A DNA stretch of 64,000 nucleotides, from IMG/VR virus record IMGVR_UViG_3300021960_000027, positions 53,938 through 117,937 of that record, one strand, 5' to 3'. A model generated the notes under the pieces. It did no database searches. It was not told where the DNA came from and saw only the letters and a program-made list of their open reading frames with translations. Both the position numbers and the translations under genes were made by a program. Shown one piece after another: positions 9,638-18,437 of the stretch (its first letter is position 1; every line of letters begins with the position of its first letter). Origin of the DNA: a virus.

Positions 9638-10750
9638 ATGGCTTCTTCGGCAAAGCAAAAGGCACTTGAGGCTTTTATGGCTAAGGCAAGAAAGACGTAC
9701 GGAGAGGAAACTTTTGTTCTGTCGCCAACGGTGACTGCTTACGATGTCATCCCGACTGGTTCAATCACTTTGGATTACCACTTGTCTGTTGGTGGATGGA
9801 CTGTTGGTCGGTTGCATGAAGTTTGGGGAGCAGAGGGTGTTGGCAAAACAACTTTGTGCTTGCTTTCTGTTGCAGAGGCTCAGAAGAAGTTCCCTGACAA
9901 GATTGTTGCTTGGATTGATGTCGAATACCGACTTGATAAGGCATGGGCGGTAAGTCACGGAGTTGATTTGGAACGCCTTCTGCATGTTCAACCAAAGGAT
10001 GCAGAGGATGTCGCAGACCAAGTTAAAGACCTTTGCCGTTCTGAACTTGTTTCACTTATCGTTGTCGACTCCATTGGGGCGATGATTCCCGAGCGAGAAA
10101 AAGAGAAGGACGCTGGAGACGCTGTTGTTGGTCGGCAGGCTCAGATTGTTACCCGAATGGTAAAGATCGCGGCAGGCGTTGCCTCCGAAACGCAGACAAC
10201 AATCATCTTTATCAATCAGGTTCGTGCGAATGTTGGGGGGTATGGTTCACCCACTACAACAGGTGGAGGGCATGCGCTCAAGCACTGCACAACAACCAAG
10301 TTGATGGTTAAGCGTCAGGGTGGTATGTCGCCAATGAGCGCAAAAATTGAGGGTGAAGATCGAATTGTTGGTCATCATATTGCAGTCGACATCCAGCGCA
10401 ACTCAGTTGCTCCAGCCTACCGAGTAGCAACCTTTCCTCTCATTCATGTTGCTACCGACAAGTTCGGTCCAGTTGGGGTTGATGATGCTGATGAAGCGAC
10501 AACAATCGGGTTAAAGACTGGAATTATTCAGCAGGCAGGTGCTTGGTACACCAACACTATTAGCGGTGAGCGCGTGCAGGGTAGGGAGTCTGTAGTTGAG
10601 TCTTTGCGTAACGACCGAGATTTGATTAAGGCTGTACGCAAGCGTGCATTAGCCCTTGTTGCTGGAGAGGTAGAGGTCTTCGATGACTATCAATCTCAAC
10701 TTGATGAGTTAGAAGATGATGACGAAGGGGAAGTCATTGAGTCTGATTAA
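9638..10750 (+). CDS. recA: RecA-like recombinase
   Basis: IPTGSITLD, Walker A GAEGVGKTT, IVVDS, FINQVR, TTGGHALK-like loop, QQAGAWY. Confidence 0.96.
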   Translation: MASSAKQKALEAFMAKARKTYGEETFVLSPTVTAYDVIPTGSITLDYHLSVGGWTVGRLHEVWGAEGVGKTTLCLLSVAEAQKKFPDKIVAWIDVEYRLDKAWAVSHGVDLERLLHVQPKDAEDVADQVKDLCRSELVSLIVVDSIGAMIPEREKEKDAGDAVVGRQAQIVTRMVKIAAGVASETQTTIIFINQVRANVGGYGSPTTTGGGHALKHCTTTKLMVKRQGGMSPMSAKIEGEDRIVGHHIAVDIQRNSVAPAYRVATFPLIHVATDKFGPVGVDDADEATTIGLKTGIIQQAGAWYTNTISGERVQGRESVVESLRNDRDLIKAVRKRALALVAGEVEVFDDYQSQLDELEDDDEGEVIESD

Positions 10751-11093
10751 GAAGTTGTCTGACAAGCATGAGTCATTTGTTGCCGACTTGATTGGTGCGA
10801 GAAAGAGCCGTGCTTCTGGAAGTCAATGGAATGACCAGACGGATGGTCGGCAGAACAGGTATGAAAGCGAGTTTGCCTTTGCGTTCGATTGCAAGTGCGC
10901 TCTCCCTCAAACAAAATCTGTTTCTGTAACCAGAGAGATGTGGCAAAAACTGGAAGACCAATCACACGGTGAGAGGTCGATGCTTCCCATTCGTTTTTAC
11001 CAAACTGACAGGGGAGACGTTTGGCGTGATTTGGTTGTTCTAAACTTAAATGATTTTGTCGAACTGATGGAAAGGGCAAATGAGAATGGCTAA
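10716..11093 (+). CDS. PD-(D/E)XK Holliday-junction-resolvase-like nuclease
   Basis: H-E...ASGS...DG...FDCK pattern; start uncertain. Confidence 0.65.
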   Translation: MMTKGKSLSLIKKLSDKHESFVADLIGARKSRASGSQWNDQTDGRQNRYESEFAFAFDCKCALPQTKSVSVTREMWQKLEDQSHGERSMLPIRFYQTDRGDVWRDLVVLNLNDFVELMERANENG

Positions 11094-11835
11094 GTCACCG
11101 CACTCTCCTATCTTTAGAAAAGCACTGGAGTCAATTTCTCAGGGTGGGATTCTCGCTCCATCTATTCGTTCATATTTGACTGAGCCAAAGTTTGATGGGT
11201 TTGACATCAAGATTCGTGGAATGAACAAGCGTAAGCACGACAACTACTTCCACCCCTCAACGCACCCCATTTGGTCAGAGCGAGCCTTGTACCTTTATCT
11301 GACTGTGCCAGAAGCACTGGGTAACGGGATTGACAATCCAATGTCTATTTTCTCCATGACGGCAGGAACTATATGGCATGAAATTATCGGACATATTCTT
11401 AAGGACGAATTGGGTCTGTTGTCTGAACTTGAGATTCCCGTTCAGTGTTCAGAAACACTGAGTCGCGGAAGCATGGATGGGATCGTCGCTGGGCGAGACG
11501 AGATATTTGAGTTCAAAACTGCAAGAGATACGGTCGTGAACCGCATCAAGAGTGTGGATGATTACATCAACAATCACTGGAACTACTACCTTCAGGCTCA
11601 GGAGTACATGCGTATGTCGGGCTACAAGAAGGAGCGAGTTTTGGTGATGGGAAGCACGTTCCCATTTGACATGAGGGAATTTGTGATTGATTTTGATCCC
11701 AAAACGTCTGCCTCAGTTAAAGAAAAATATTTACGAGTTCGTGAAGCGGTCGCATCTGGAAAGAATGCTCCCCAGTGCGATGGTTGTTCGTATGTGACTT
11801 ACGGATGCCCAGCCAAGTTATTGTGTGAGAATTAG
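11086..11835 (+). CDS. Cas4/RecB-like PD-(D/E)XK exonuclease
   Basis: GTIWHE, GSMDG, FEFKT, YLQAQEYM and C-terminal CxxC...C. Confidence 0.8.
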   Translation: MAKSPHSPIFRKALESISQGGILAPSIRSYLTEPKFDGFDIKIRGMNKRKHDNYFHPSTHPIWSERALYLYLTVPEALGNGIDNPMSIFSMTAGTIWHEIIGHILKDELGLLSELEIPVQCSETLSRGSMDGIVAGRDEIFEFKTARDTVVNRIKSVDDYINNHWNYYLQAQEYMRMSGYKKERVLVMGSTFPFDMREFVIDFDPKTSASVKEKYLRVREAVASGKNAPQCDGCSYVTYGCPAKLLCEN

Positions 11836-12416
11836 TGAAACTCCCCACTTTTTCTCCTGCGATCACCGTCCTCTCGGTAGACCAATCTTTGGTTAATTCT
11901 GGATGGGTTCTACTTCGTGTTGGTCAAGAAATTTCTGTTCTTGACTTTGGAACAATCCACACCAGACCACAATCTGGATTGAGTGGTTTTGCAGATTCGT
12001 TTGAGCGTGGCGACCATCTGTTCGGTGCGTTTAGGGCACTCTTGATGATTACAGAGCCAGACATTATTCTTCACGAAATGCCAGCAATTATGAATCGCGT
12101 TTCAACACGAAACAGGGAGGCGGGGACTGTTTCTGCAATGGCACTGAGGTGCGCCATTTCGTCTTTGGGCTTGCGTGGGCGAGTCAGAATGATTCAGGCA
12201 CAGCATGCCAAGAAGGTTGTTACAGGTGATGTTAAGGCAGACAAAAAGAAGGTTAAGGAATCGGTTTCTGCGTTGGGGTGGTTTGGGGATTCAACATTCA
12301 ACGAGCATGTTTCTGACGCGACTGCGCTTGCCCTAACCGCTATGATCGATGGTGTTCTTGACGAAGTTCTTAAGACGGTTGATAAGGGTTTGCCACCTGT
12401 AGGGGAGGTCAAGTAA
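11835..12416 (+). CDS. ruvC: RuvC-like resolvase
   Basis: LSVDQSLVNSGW, ILHE, KKVVTG...ADK and HVSDATALA motifs of the RNase H fold. Confidence 0.85.
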   Translation: MKLPTFSPAITVLSVDQSLVNSGWVLLRVGQEISVLDFGTIHTRPQSGLSGFADSFERGDHLFGAFRALLMITEPDIILHEMPAIMNRVSTRNREAGTVSAMALRCAISSLGLRGRVRMIQAQHAKKVVTGDVKADKKKVKESVSALGWFGDSTFNEHVSDATALALTAMIDGVLDEVLKTVDKGLPPVGEVK

Positions 12417-13096
12417 TGGTTCAGCGTTTGAAAACTAGGGCAAGTGGTGCGCTTGGTTCTATTGTTGAGGCCAAGGTTGAGGTAGAAAACATGGACGAAG
12501 ATATCGACATCAAAGTTGATGTAGAAAAGAACGAGCGAACACCGAAGTTTTCTCGGATGAGGCTTGACTGGGATTCCCGCGATAGGTCGGTTATTTCTAG
12601 CACTCGTTCGGTTGTTGATCGCAGGATGGCGAGCGAGTTCTCCGATGCGTTCCTTTTGATGGCTGAGATTTATGACATCATTCGGGAGCCGGTAATTGGA
12701 GACGATGGTTTGCCAGTTCGTGATGCAAGCGGATTTGTTGTTTGGGCGCAGAATGAATCGGGTGGTTTTGTGGAGGATTTTAGTCGTCTTACTCACCACC
12801 AGCGTCGTCACTACATTGGCATCATCACGACGCGCCTCTTTGGTTGGGAGCAGTCATGTGCCGATTTGTGGGCTGAGTCTATGTTTGCAAAGGCTCAATT
12901 TGAGGAACGTTTTGCAATCGCATTTGACGAACCTATGAGCGGAACGGTAGATGATCGTCGCGCGGCAGGCAATCGTGACGCGGCAGAAGAACGCTACTAC
13001 GCGATTATGCTCACTCATCTTTCTCGTAGGGCAGATGCTCTTGTTCGTTCAATGGACAGATTGAGCCAGAGGTTAAAGGACTTGGTGGTCGAATGA
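12416..13096 (+). CDS. hypothetical protein (helical)
   Basis: 226 aa, GGAGG SD, TAATG coupling. Confidence 0.75.
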   Translation: MVQRLKTRASGALGSIVEAKVEVENMDEDIDIKVDVEKNERTPKFSRMRLDWDSRDRSVISSTRSVVDRRMASEFSDAFLLMAEIYDIIREPVIGDDGLPVRDASGFVVWAQNESGGFVEDFSRLTHHQRRHYIGIITTRLFGWEQSCADLWAESMFAKAQFEERFAIAFDEPMSGTVDDRRAAGNRDAAEERYYAIMLTHLSRRADALVRSMDRLSQRLKDLVVE

Positions 13097-13332
13097 AAAT
13101 TAAGCCTGTTTTGGGATACGAAGAGTGGGTTAATATCGGTCAGAAGAATGGCTGGATTGGGGCATGCGTTTGCTCTACCCATGATGGCATCCCTTCGTCA
13201 GAAGAAGAAGATTCTTCTTTTGAGAATGGTGACGATGTGTGCATGTGGATTTTCCGTCGCTATGACAACCAAGGTCATGGCAAGAAGGTGGAAGAAAATC
13301 ATTCACCCTCTGTGTGGAGGAAAAACACCTAA
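13093..13332 (+). CDS. hypothetical protein
   Basis: 79 aa, ATGA overlap, CSTHDG...C motif. Confidence 0.65.
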   Translation: MKIKPVLGYEEWVNIGQKNGWIGACVCSTHDGIPSSEEEDSSFENGDDVCMWIFRRYDNQGHGKKVEENHSPSVWRKNT

Positions 13333-13435
13333 ATCGACCGTGAGAGTTTGGGTATTTTTAAAAAAATTTTGATGTTTATGCAACACGCCGAATAAAGTTG
13401 CTCTATTCTTTCCTTGTGCAGTACAAGGAGACGGT

Positions 13436-13792
13436 GTGTCGGGTTATCAACCAGTAGAACTAGACGTAGACCTATTGCGCTCCTTGTTCAGAAATCTTTC
13501 TGCGTTCCGTTCCATATACGAATCAGAAGGGGTAGACGTTATTCAGTCCCCCAACGGTGACGAGTGGTGCTTGTGGGACGTTGAATACTTGTACCAAGTT
13601 GCCATAGAAAGATTGCCCTTGAGACAGTCACAGGCAATACAACTATTTCTATTTGACAACCTAAGAGAATCTGATGTTGCAGGAATGATGGGTCTAAAGC
13701 CATCAAACCCCATAGGCATGTATGCCACCTCTGGACTAGAGCGTCTTCTAACTTGGATAAATAACGACGAATTAGAAAACTTTACGTTGTAG
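13436..13792 (+). CDS. sigma-70 region 4-like HTH protein
   Basis: AIERLPLRQSQAIQL...ESDVAGMMGL...GLERL matches the region-4 pattern; GGAG SD. Confidence 0.7.
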   Translation: MSGYQPVELDVDLLRSLFRNLSAFRSIYESEGVDVIQSPNGDEWCLWDVEYLYQVAIERLPLRQSQAIQLFLFDNLRESDVAGMMGLKPSNPIGMYATSGLERLLTWINNDELENFTL

Positions 13793-13802
13793 GGAGGCAT
13801 TC

Positions 13803-14153
13803 ATGGCAAGGATGAGGTTTGGGGTTCACAAGGCACTTGAGGAAGAGGCGAATGCAATTATTGCAGAATCTCTTAAAGGTGTAACTTCTCACGCGGCAAA
13901 GTCCGACATTCTAACTCCTTGGAAAGAGCAGGAGCGGAGAAGGCGAGAGGTTTATGTAAAGGGTGGTTCGCCCGATCCTGCCATCCGAAAAGGAATGTTT
14001 AAAAAAGCGGCTAATCGAACTCACCCACAGTTGAATTCACGCGAGGGAATTGCGCCACCATTGCAGGGCGCACCTTCTTCTCTCTCTGCTTGGGTTTCAG
14101 AAAACGGATGGTCAGGACCGGATGCTCCACCGGGAGAAGATTTAGGTGACTGA
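13803..14153 (+). CDS. hypothetical protein
   Basis: 116 aa, GGAGG SD. Confidence 0.75.
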   Translation: MARMRFGVHKALEEEANAIIAESLKGVTSHAAKSDILTPWKEQERRRREVYVKGGSPDPAIRKGMFKKAANRTHPQLNSREGIAPPLQGAPSSLSAWVSENGWSGPDAPPGEDLGD

Positions 14154-14799
14154 ATACTCAGATATTGATTATTCATTTTCTACTTCTCCATCTCCCATTG
14201 AAGTTTCTCTTGGTGGCAGAAAATACGCTTTTACATCCCACAAGAAATGCAAGGTTTGTAACTGCGATTTGCGGTTTGAGATTGATGAAAAGTTGTTGCT
14301 CGGTCGTTCGTACCGTTCGATACTTCGTTCTCTTCCAGAGGATTACCAAGAGGATGGCTCTTCGGTAATAACGATTGACAACTTAAAAAACCATGCCAAG
14401 AATCATCTGCCCTCAGATGTTGCGGTAAGTCGGGCGATAATTGAACAGCATGCTGAGGATGTTGGTCGTGCGATTGATTCTGCCGAAGGAACATTGGTTG
14501 ATGCATACTCCGTAGCCAATGAAGTTATGAGACTTGGCTTTGAGCGGATTGTTATGGGGGAAATAAAGGTTGGCCTTGACCACACTCTTGTAGCCGCAAA
14601 AATGGTTTCTGACATGGAAGACAAGGCCGGTCAAGGAGTTGACACCGCCGCGTTTGGTCAAATGGTGGTTTTGCTCCTTCAGCATGTTAGAAATATCATG
14701 TCGCAAGAGCAGTTTCAACTACTTTCATCTTCTTTTAAAAACGACCCGCTGTTTGCCTCATTGGAGGCACAAACTGCCCCCAAGGAAATATCTTCTTAG
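14146..14799 (+). CDS. putative terminase small subunit-like / Zn-HTH protein
   Basis: CKVC...IDEKLLLGRSY...HAKNH followed by helices; upstream of terL. Function inferred. Confidence 0.45.
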   Translation: MTEYSDIDYSFSTSPSPIEVSLGGRKYAFTSHKKCKVCNCDLRFEIDEKLLLGRSYRSILRSLPEDYQEDGSSVITIDNLKNHAKNHLPSDVAVSRAIIEQHAEDVGRAIDSAEGTLVDAYSVANEVMRLGFERIVMGEIKVGLDHTLVAAKMVSDMEDKAGQGVDTAAFGQMVVLLLQHVRNIMSQEQFQLLSSSFKNDPLFASLEAQTAPKEISS

Positions 14800-14808
14800 T
14801 TCTATGAG

Positions 14809-14837
14809 TTGACAGTTGATGTTAGGGGCGATAAATT
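14809..14837 (+). promoter_or_regulatory. SigA-type promoter
   Basis: TTGACA-N17-TAAATT, followed by an AGGAGG SD before 14874. Confidence 0.7.
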
Positions 14838-14873
14838 TGCTCAACCAGCCAAACAGTTTTCAAGGAGGAAATT

Positions 14874-15875
14874 GTGTTTTTAAGAAGTGCCCCAACCGAA
14901 ACGATTGCAACGCTTATTGAAAAGGTTGATGATCCTACGGAATCTTTGTCCATGACAGGTTCTTCAATTCGACTGGATCATGTCAGCGGTTCTATTGACT
15001 TGAATGGTCGTGAAGTTCCGCTGACCGAAGAGAGCATGATTGCGATTGGCAACTGGCTCAATATTCCCACTCCATTTTTGAAGCGTCTTGACGACGATCT
15101 TCGCTCAAATCTTCTTAACGAAATGCTGTGGCGTTCACCGTCTCAAACAATCGCAAAGGTTAACGAAGAGGGCTTGAAGATTTTGAAGGCTCCAAACTCA
15201 AAAGAGATTGAACCCCCTCGTCTTGTCGAAACCGCGGCAAGGGTAATGGGCGAAGATGCCATTGTTGTTGATTTTGAACACACGATTGAGCAATTCCGTT
15301 TTGACGTTGTTGTCGGTGACGATGATGGCTACGGAGTTGGTGGAGATAGTCGCTTAGGTGATTTAACAAAAGGTGGATTGAGGTTTGCACAGAATCTTAA
15401 GCAAAATCTTGCTCCGTGGGTTCAGCCGTATTTTTATCGTTTAATTTGCACGAACGGAATGGAAATTCGTGATGACGGATTGAAGGTTGAAGGTCGTGGA
15501 AACTCGGTAGAGAGCGTTCTGGAAGAATTGGAACTCGCGGCACAGCGTGCATTCTCCCGTGTCGAATCTCAGATTGCACACTTTTATGATCTTCGTAACG
15601 ACAGGGTGGGTAATCCAGAGCGTGTTCTTGCACGAATGGCGCGTGAGCGCGGTTTGGCAGAGCGTGCAACGGTAACAATTATTGATCGTTTGCCTTCGGT
15701 TATTCAAGAAGATGGGTCTGCAACAATGTTTGACCTTATTAACTTGATTACCAACGCGGCTAACGACCCTACTGTTCGTCGGTGGGGAGCAAGGCGTGAA
15801 CTTGAGACGTTTGGAGGAATGATGGTTGGAGATCATGTCGACCGTTGTTCAAATTGCGCCAGTCGTCTTAACTAA
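14874..15875 (+). CDS. DUF932-like protein
   Basis: VQPYFYRLICTNGM signature and C-terminal TMFDLINLIT. Confidence 0.65.
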   Translation: MFLRSAPTETIATLIEKVDDPTESLSMTGSSIRLDHVSGSIDLNGREVPLTEESMIAIGNWLNIPTPFLKRLDDDLRSNLLNEMLWRSPSQTIAKVNEEGLKILKAPNSKEIEPPRLVETAARVMGEDAIVVDFEHTIEQFRFDVVVGDDDGYGVGGDSRLGDLTKGGLRFAQNLKQNLAPWVQPYFYRLICTNGMEIRDDGLKVEGRGNSVESVLEELELAAQRAFSRVESQIAHFYDLRNDRVGNPERVLARMARERGLAERATVTIIDRLPSVIQEDGSATMFDLINLITNAANDPTVRRWGARRELETFGGMMVGDHVDRCSNCASRLN

Positions 15876-15880
15876 AACAT

Positions 15881-15968
15881 AAGCAACTGCCCCAGTGGTG
15901 GTGGTAAGCAGTTGCTTTGTCAGGGGGGTCTTTTCTTGCATAAGTAAGAAAAGACCCCCTTTTTGTTT
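15881..15968 (+). terminator. double hairpin ending in an intrinsic terminator
   Basis: AAGCAACTGC/GCAGTTGCTT stem (15881-15917), then GGGGGTCTTTTCTTGC-ataa-GTAAGAAAAGACCCCC plus TTTTTGTTT. Confidence 0.88.
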
Positions 15969-16010
15969 AGTTATGCAGAAACATTCATAAAAATGCGTTA
16001 AGGTGGAAAA

Positions 16011-16391
16011 ATGTCAGATATGAACCTAAATTCGTTAATAGACCTCTACGACTCAGACTTCTTTGTGATAGAGCAAATAGCAAAGAAACTAAACGAGTCG
16101 TCGGGTAAATTGCGTCAAGTTGAGGGTTTCCGAAAAGAGGTTATAGAACGCTTTGAAGAGGCCGGTTTGAAAGTCGACGTTAAGACTTGGTCAACAAACA
16201 TGGATGGGGCGTATGCCTTTGATATTGAAATTGTTGACCGATGCGAAAGGCTATCTCACGGATTTGACCACGACCGTCAGGCTTGGGAGGTTCAAAATGC
16301 TATTTTAGGACTAGACGATCCCGGCTCGTTTGATAGAAGTGGTCGACTAATAACCCCTCCAAAGAATACTTCATTTATAAACAAGCCATAA
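16011..16391 (+). CDS. hypothetical protein
   Basis: 126 aa, immediately before terL. Confidence 0.75.
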   Translation: MSDMNLNSLIDLYDSDFFVIEQIAKKLNESSGKLRQVEGFRKEVIERFEEAGLKVDVKTWSTNMDGAYAFDIEIVDRCERLSHGFDHDRQAWEVQNAILGLDDPGSFDRSGRLITPPKNTSFINKP

Positions 16392-18392
16392 ATGCCAAAA
16401 CCAGCCCCGATTAGCACCGAAAAAGCAATTAATGGTTTTCTTGGTGAGTCATTGCCCAATGACATCATTGAGTTTGTCATCAGTGACCGCTGGCTCAACC
16501 GGCCAAATTTGTATCCCCGCCAAGCCACTCTTTTAAAATTGATCTTTTTGCAGGAAGAGTTGTTTACTGAATATGATTTAGATGTTTTAGGTGAGTGGGG
16601 AGAGGGCTTTCGTCTCACCGAAATGCCACCAGATGAATCGACTTGGAGGTTTTCTGGCGACTGGGGTATTCAACCTGATTCGATTGACAGGTTGAGGTAT
16701 CTCAGAGACGTTGAGGGTAGAAAGTGGTTTAGAACTATCTTGAACGTTTCTGGTCGACGTTCAGGCAAGGGTCACTTAGGTGCTATTTGTGGTGCTTACG
16801 TTTTGTGGAACTACATTGCAAAGGGCGACCCACGATGGGACTTTGGTGTTGACCAAGACAAGCGTTTGTCGTGTCAAGTTTTTGCTGGCAAGAAAGATCA
16901 GGCAAAGGCTAACCAATGGAGAGACTTAGTAAATGTCATCCTTGGTGCGCCATGCTTTGCTCCGTATGTCAATACTCCACTGACAGAGTCTCTTACTGTC
17001 ATGGCTCCCGTTGACCACATCCGAATCGACAATCTTCGTCGTCGGGGAATTAAAACAGACATGGATTTATCTACGTTTGAAATTGTTCCTAAAGAAGCAA
17101 CCACAATGGCCGCGCGTGGTCCGTCATCTTTCATGCAATTTTACGATGAAATGGCGCACATGGTTGGAACAACTGGCGGTTCTCGTTCCGCTGGGGAAGT
17201 ATGGGAATCTGCTACTCCAGCACTTGACCAGTTCAAAAAAGAAGCATTCATTTATTGTGGCTCTTCACCTTGGGAGATGACGGGAAAGTTTTACGAGTTG
17301 TGTCAGCAAGCGTTGACGATTGAAGCAGATACGCAAAAGGCGGTTTATCCAGAAAGCCTGATTATCCAGTTGGCTTCTTGGGACATTTACGAAGATTGGG
17401 AAAGGACTCTCCATCGCTTCCCTCTTTCTCCTGCGTACATGAAAAACAGGAGCGAAAGACAAGACGTTGAAATTCAGGAAAGGTTTTTTCTTCCTCTAAA
17501 GGGTTCTATTCAGGAATACGACTCAGCCATGCAACGTCTTGAGCGTGCAAATCCAGACACTTTCCGAGTTGAGCGTCGTGCAAAATGGGCTACTGCCCTA
17601 GATGCGTATCTGCCGGAGGAACATATTAGAAAGATGTTTGGTCCGTGGAAGGGTCAAACATTAACGATGCAGTCTTCAGGATTGCCGACGACTGACTACG
17701 CGATGCATGGCGACCCCGGCAAAACTGGGTCAAACTTTGGGTTTGCAGTTGCCCACAAAGAGTGGGTTGAAGGTTCTGAAATTCCACATGTTGTGTTTGA
17801 CTTCATCATCGGTTGGTCACCCGGAGATTTTGCAAGTCTTGAAATGGACTACATTGCCATTGAAGATGAAATCAAAGCGTTAGTGGATGGCTTTCTTCCC
17901 ACAGACGTTTCTTTTGACCAATGGAACAGCATCGGGCTAATTCAAAGATTACAAAAGCACGCAAACCGAAACTTCAAGCCATGTACGGTTTACGAAAGAA
18001 CTGCTACTGCTTCAACTAACTGGCGCACGGCAGAAACCTTCAAAGCGGCACTAAGTCTTGGCCTGCTCCATGCTCCCTATTATGAGTTGGCAGAATTGGA
18101 ATGCCTGTTTCTCAGGAAACTTGCAGGTGACAAAGTTGACCACCCTTCAACTGGACCGTGTACAACCAAGGACGTTTACGACGCAATGAGTATCGTTGTG
18201 TACAAACTGATTGGTGATGAAATTGCATCGTTCCTTGGTCAAGAGTTTTCTGATTTGAAAATTTCAGGAACAATGCCCGGACCGCAATCTCAAGCGTCTA
18301 TTGAAAATCAATTTACCGCATTCAGTCAGGGAGTATCTAGGCAGGGTTCTGGTCGGGGTGCAGTATCTGGCGGTCGCTTCTTACGGCAGTGA
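16392..18392 (+). CDS. terL: terminase large subunit
   Basis: GRRSGKG Walker A, DQAK, FYDE Walker B, SSP, nuclease motifs HGDPG...FDQWNS...VDHP...KDVYDA. Confidence 0.9.
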   Translation: MPKPAPISTEKAINGFLGESLPNDIIEFVISDRWLNRPNLYPRQATLLKLIFLQEELFTEYDLDVLGEWGEGFRLTEMPPDESTWRFSGDWGIQPDSIDRLRYLRDVEGRKWFRTILNVSGRRSGKGHLGAICGAYVLWNYIAKGDPRWDFGVDQDKRLSCQVFAGKKDQAKANQWRDLVNVILGAPCFAPYVNTPLTESLTVMAPVDHIRIDNLRRRGIKTDMDLSTFEIVPKEATTMAARGPSSFMQFYDEMAHMVGTTGGSRSAGEVWESATPALDQFKKEAFIYCGSSPWEMTGKFYELCQQALTIEADTQKAVYPESLIIQLASWDIYEDWERTLHRFPLSPAYMKNRSERQDVEIQERFFLPLKGSIQEYDSAMQRLERANPDTFRVERRAKWATALDAYLPEEHIRKMFGPWKGQTLTMQSSGLPTTDYAMHGDPGKTGSNFGFAVAHKEWVEGSEIPHVVFDFIIGWSPGDFASLEMDYIAIEDEIKALVDGFLPTDVSFDQWNSIGLIQRLQKHANRNFKPCTVYERTATASTNWRTAETFKAALSLGLLHAPYYELAELECLFLRKLAGDKVDHPSTGPCTTKDVYDAMSIVVYKLIGDEIASFLGQEFSDLKISGTMPGPQSQASIENQFTAFSQGVSRQGSGRGAVSGGRFLRQ

Positions 18393-18395
18393 CCT

Positions 18396-18427
18396 CCTGT
18401 CGTTGCTTTAATTACAGCAACTAAGAA
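18396..18427 (+). promoter_or_regulatory. candidate late promoter CCTGTC-N20-TAAGAA
   Basis: One of six similar sites upstream of structural or head-region genes. Confidence 0.55.
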
Positions 18428-18437
18428 ACAGGAAAGG

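Noticed and set aside
11086-11835. Cas4-like gene as part of a CRISPR-Cas system
   Set aside because: No other cas gene or array; it sits in a RecA/RuvC recombination operon.
12194-12811. 205-aa minus-strand ORF and other antisense ORFs (e.g. 42297-42815, 52509-53027)
   Set aside because: They are shadows of well-supported plus-strand genes with no motifs or SD.
13354-13371. AT-rich near-palindrome as an origin or terminator
   Set aside because: Short, with no GC stem or iterons; insufficient evidence.
1893-18392. Inteins or introns in DnaB, DnaE, RecA or TerL
   Set aside because: Lengths are near normal and no intein splice-junction or homing endonuclease motifs were seen.
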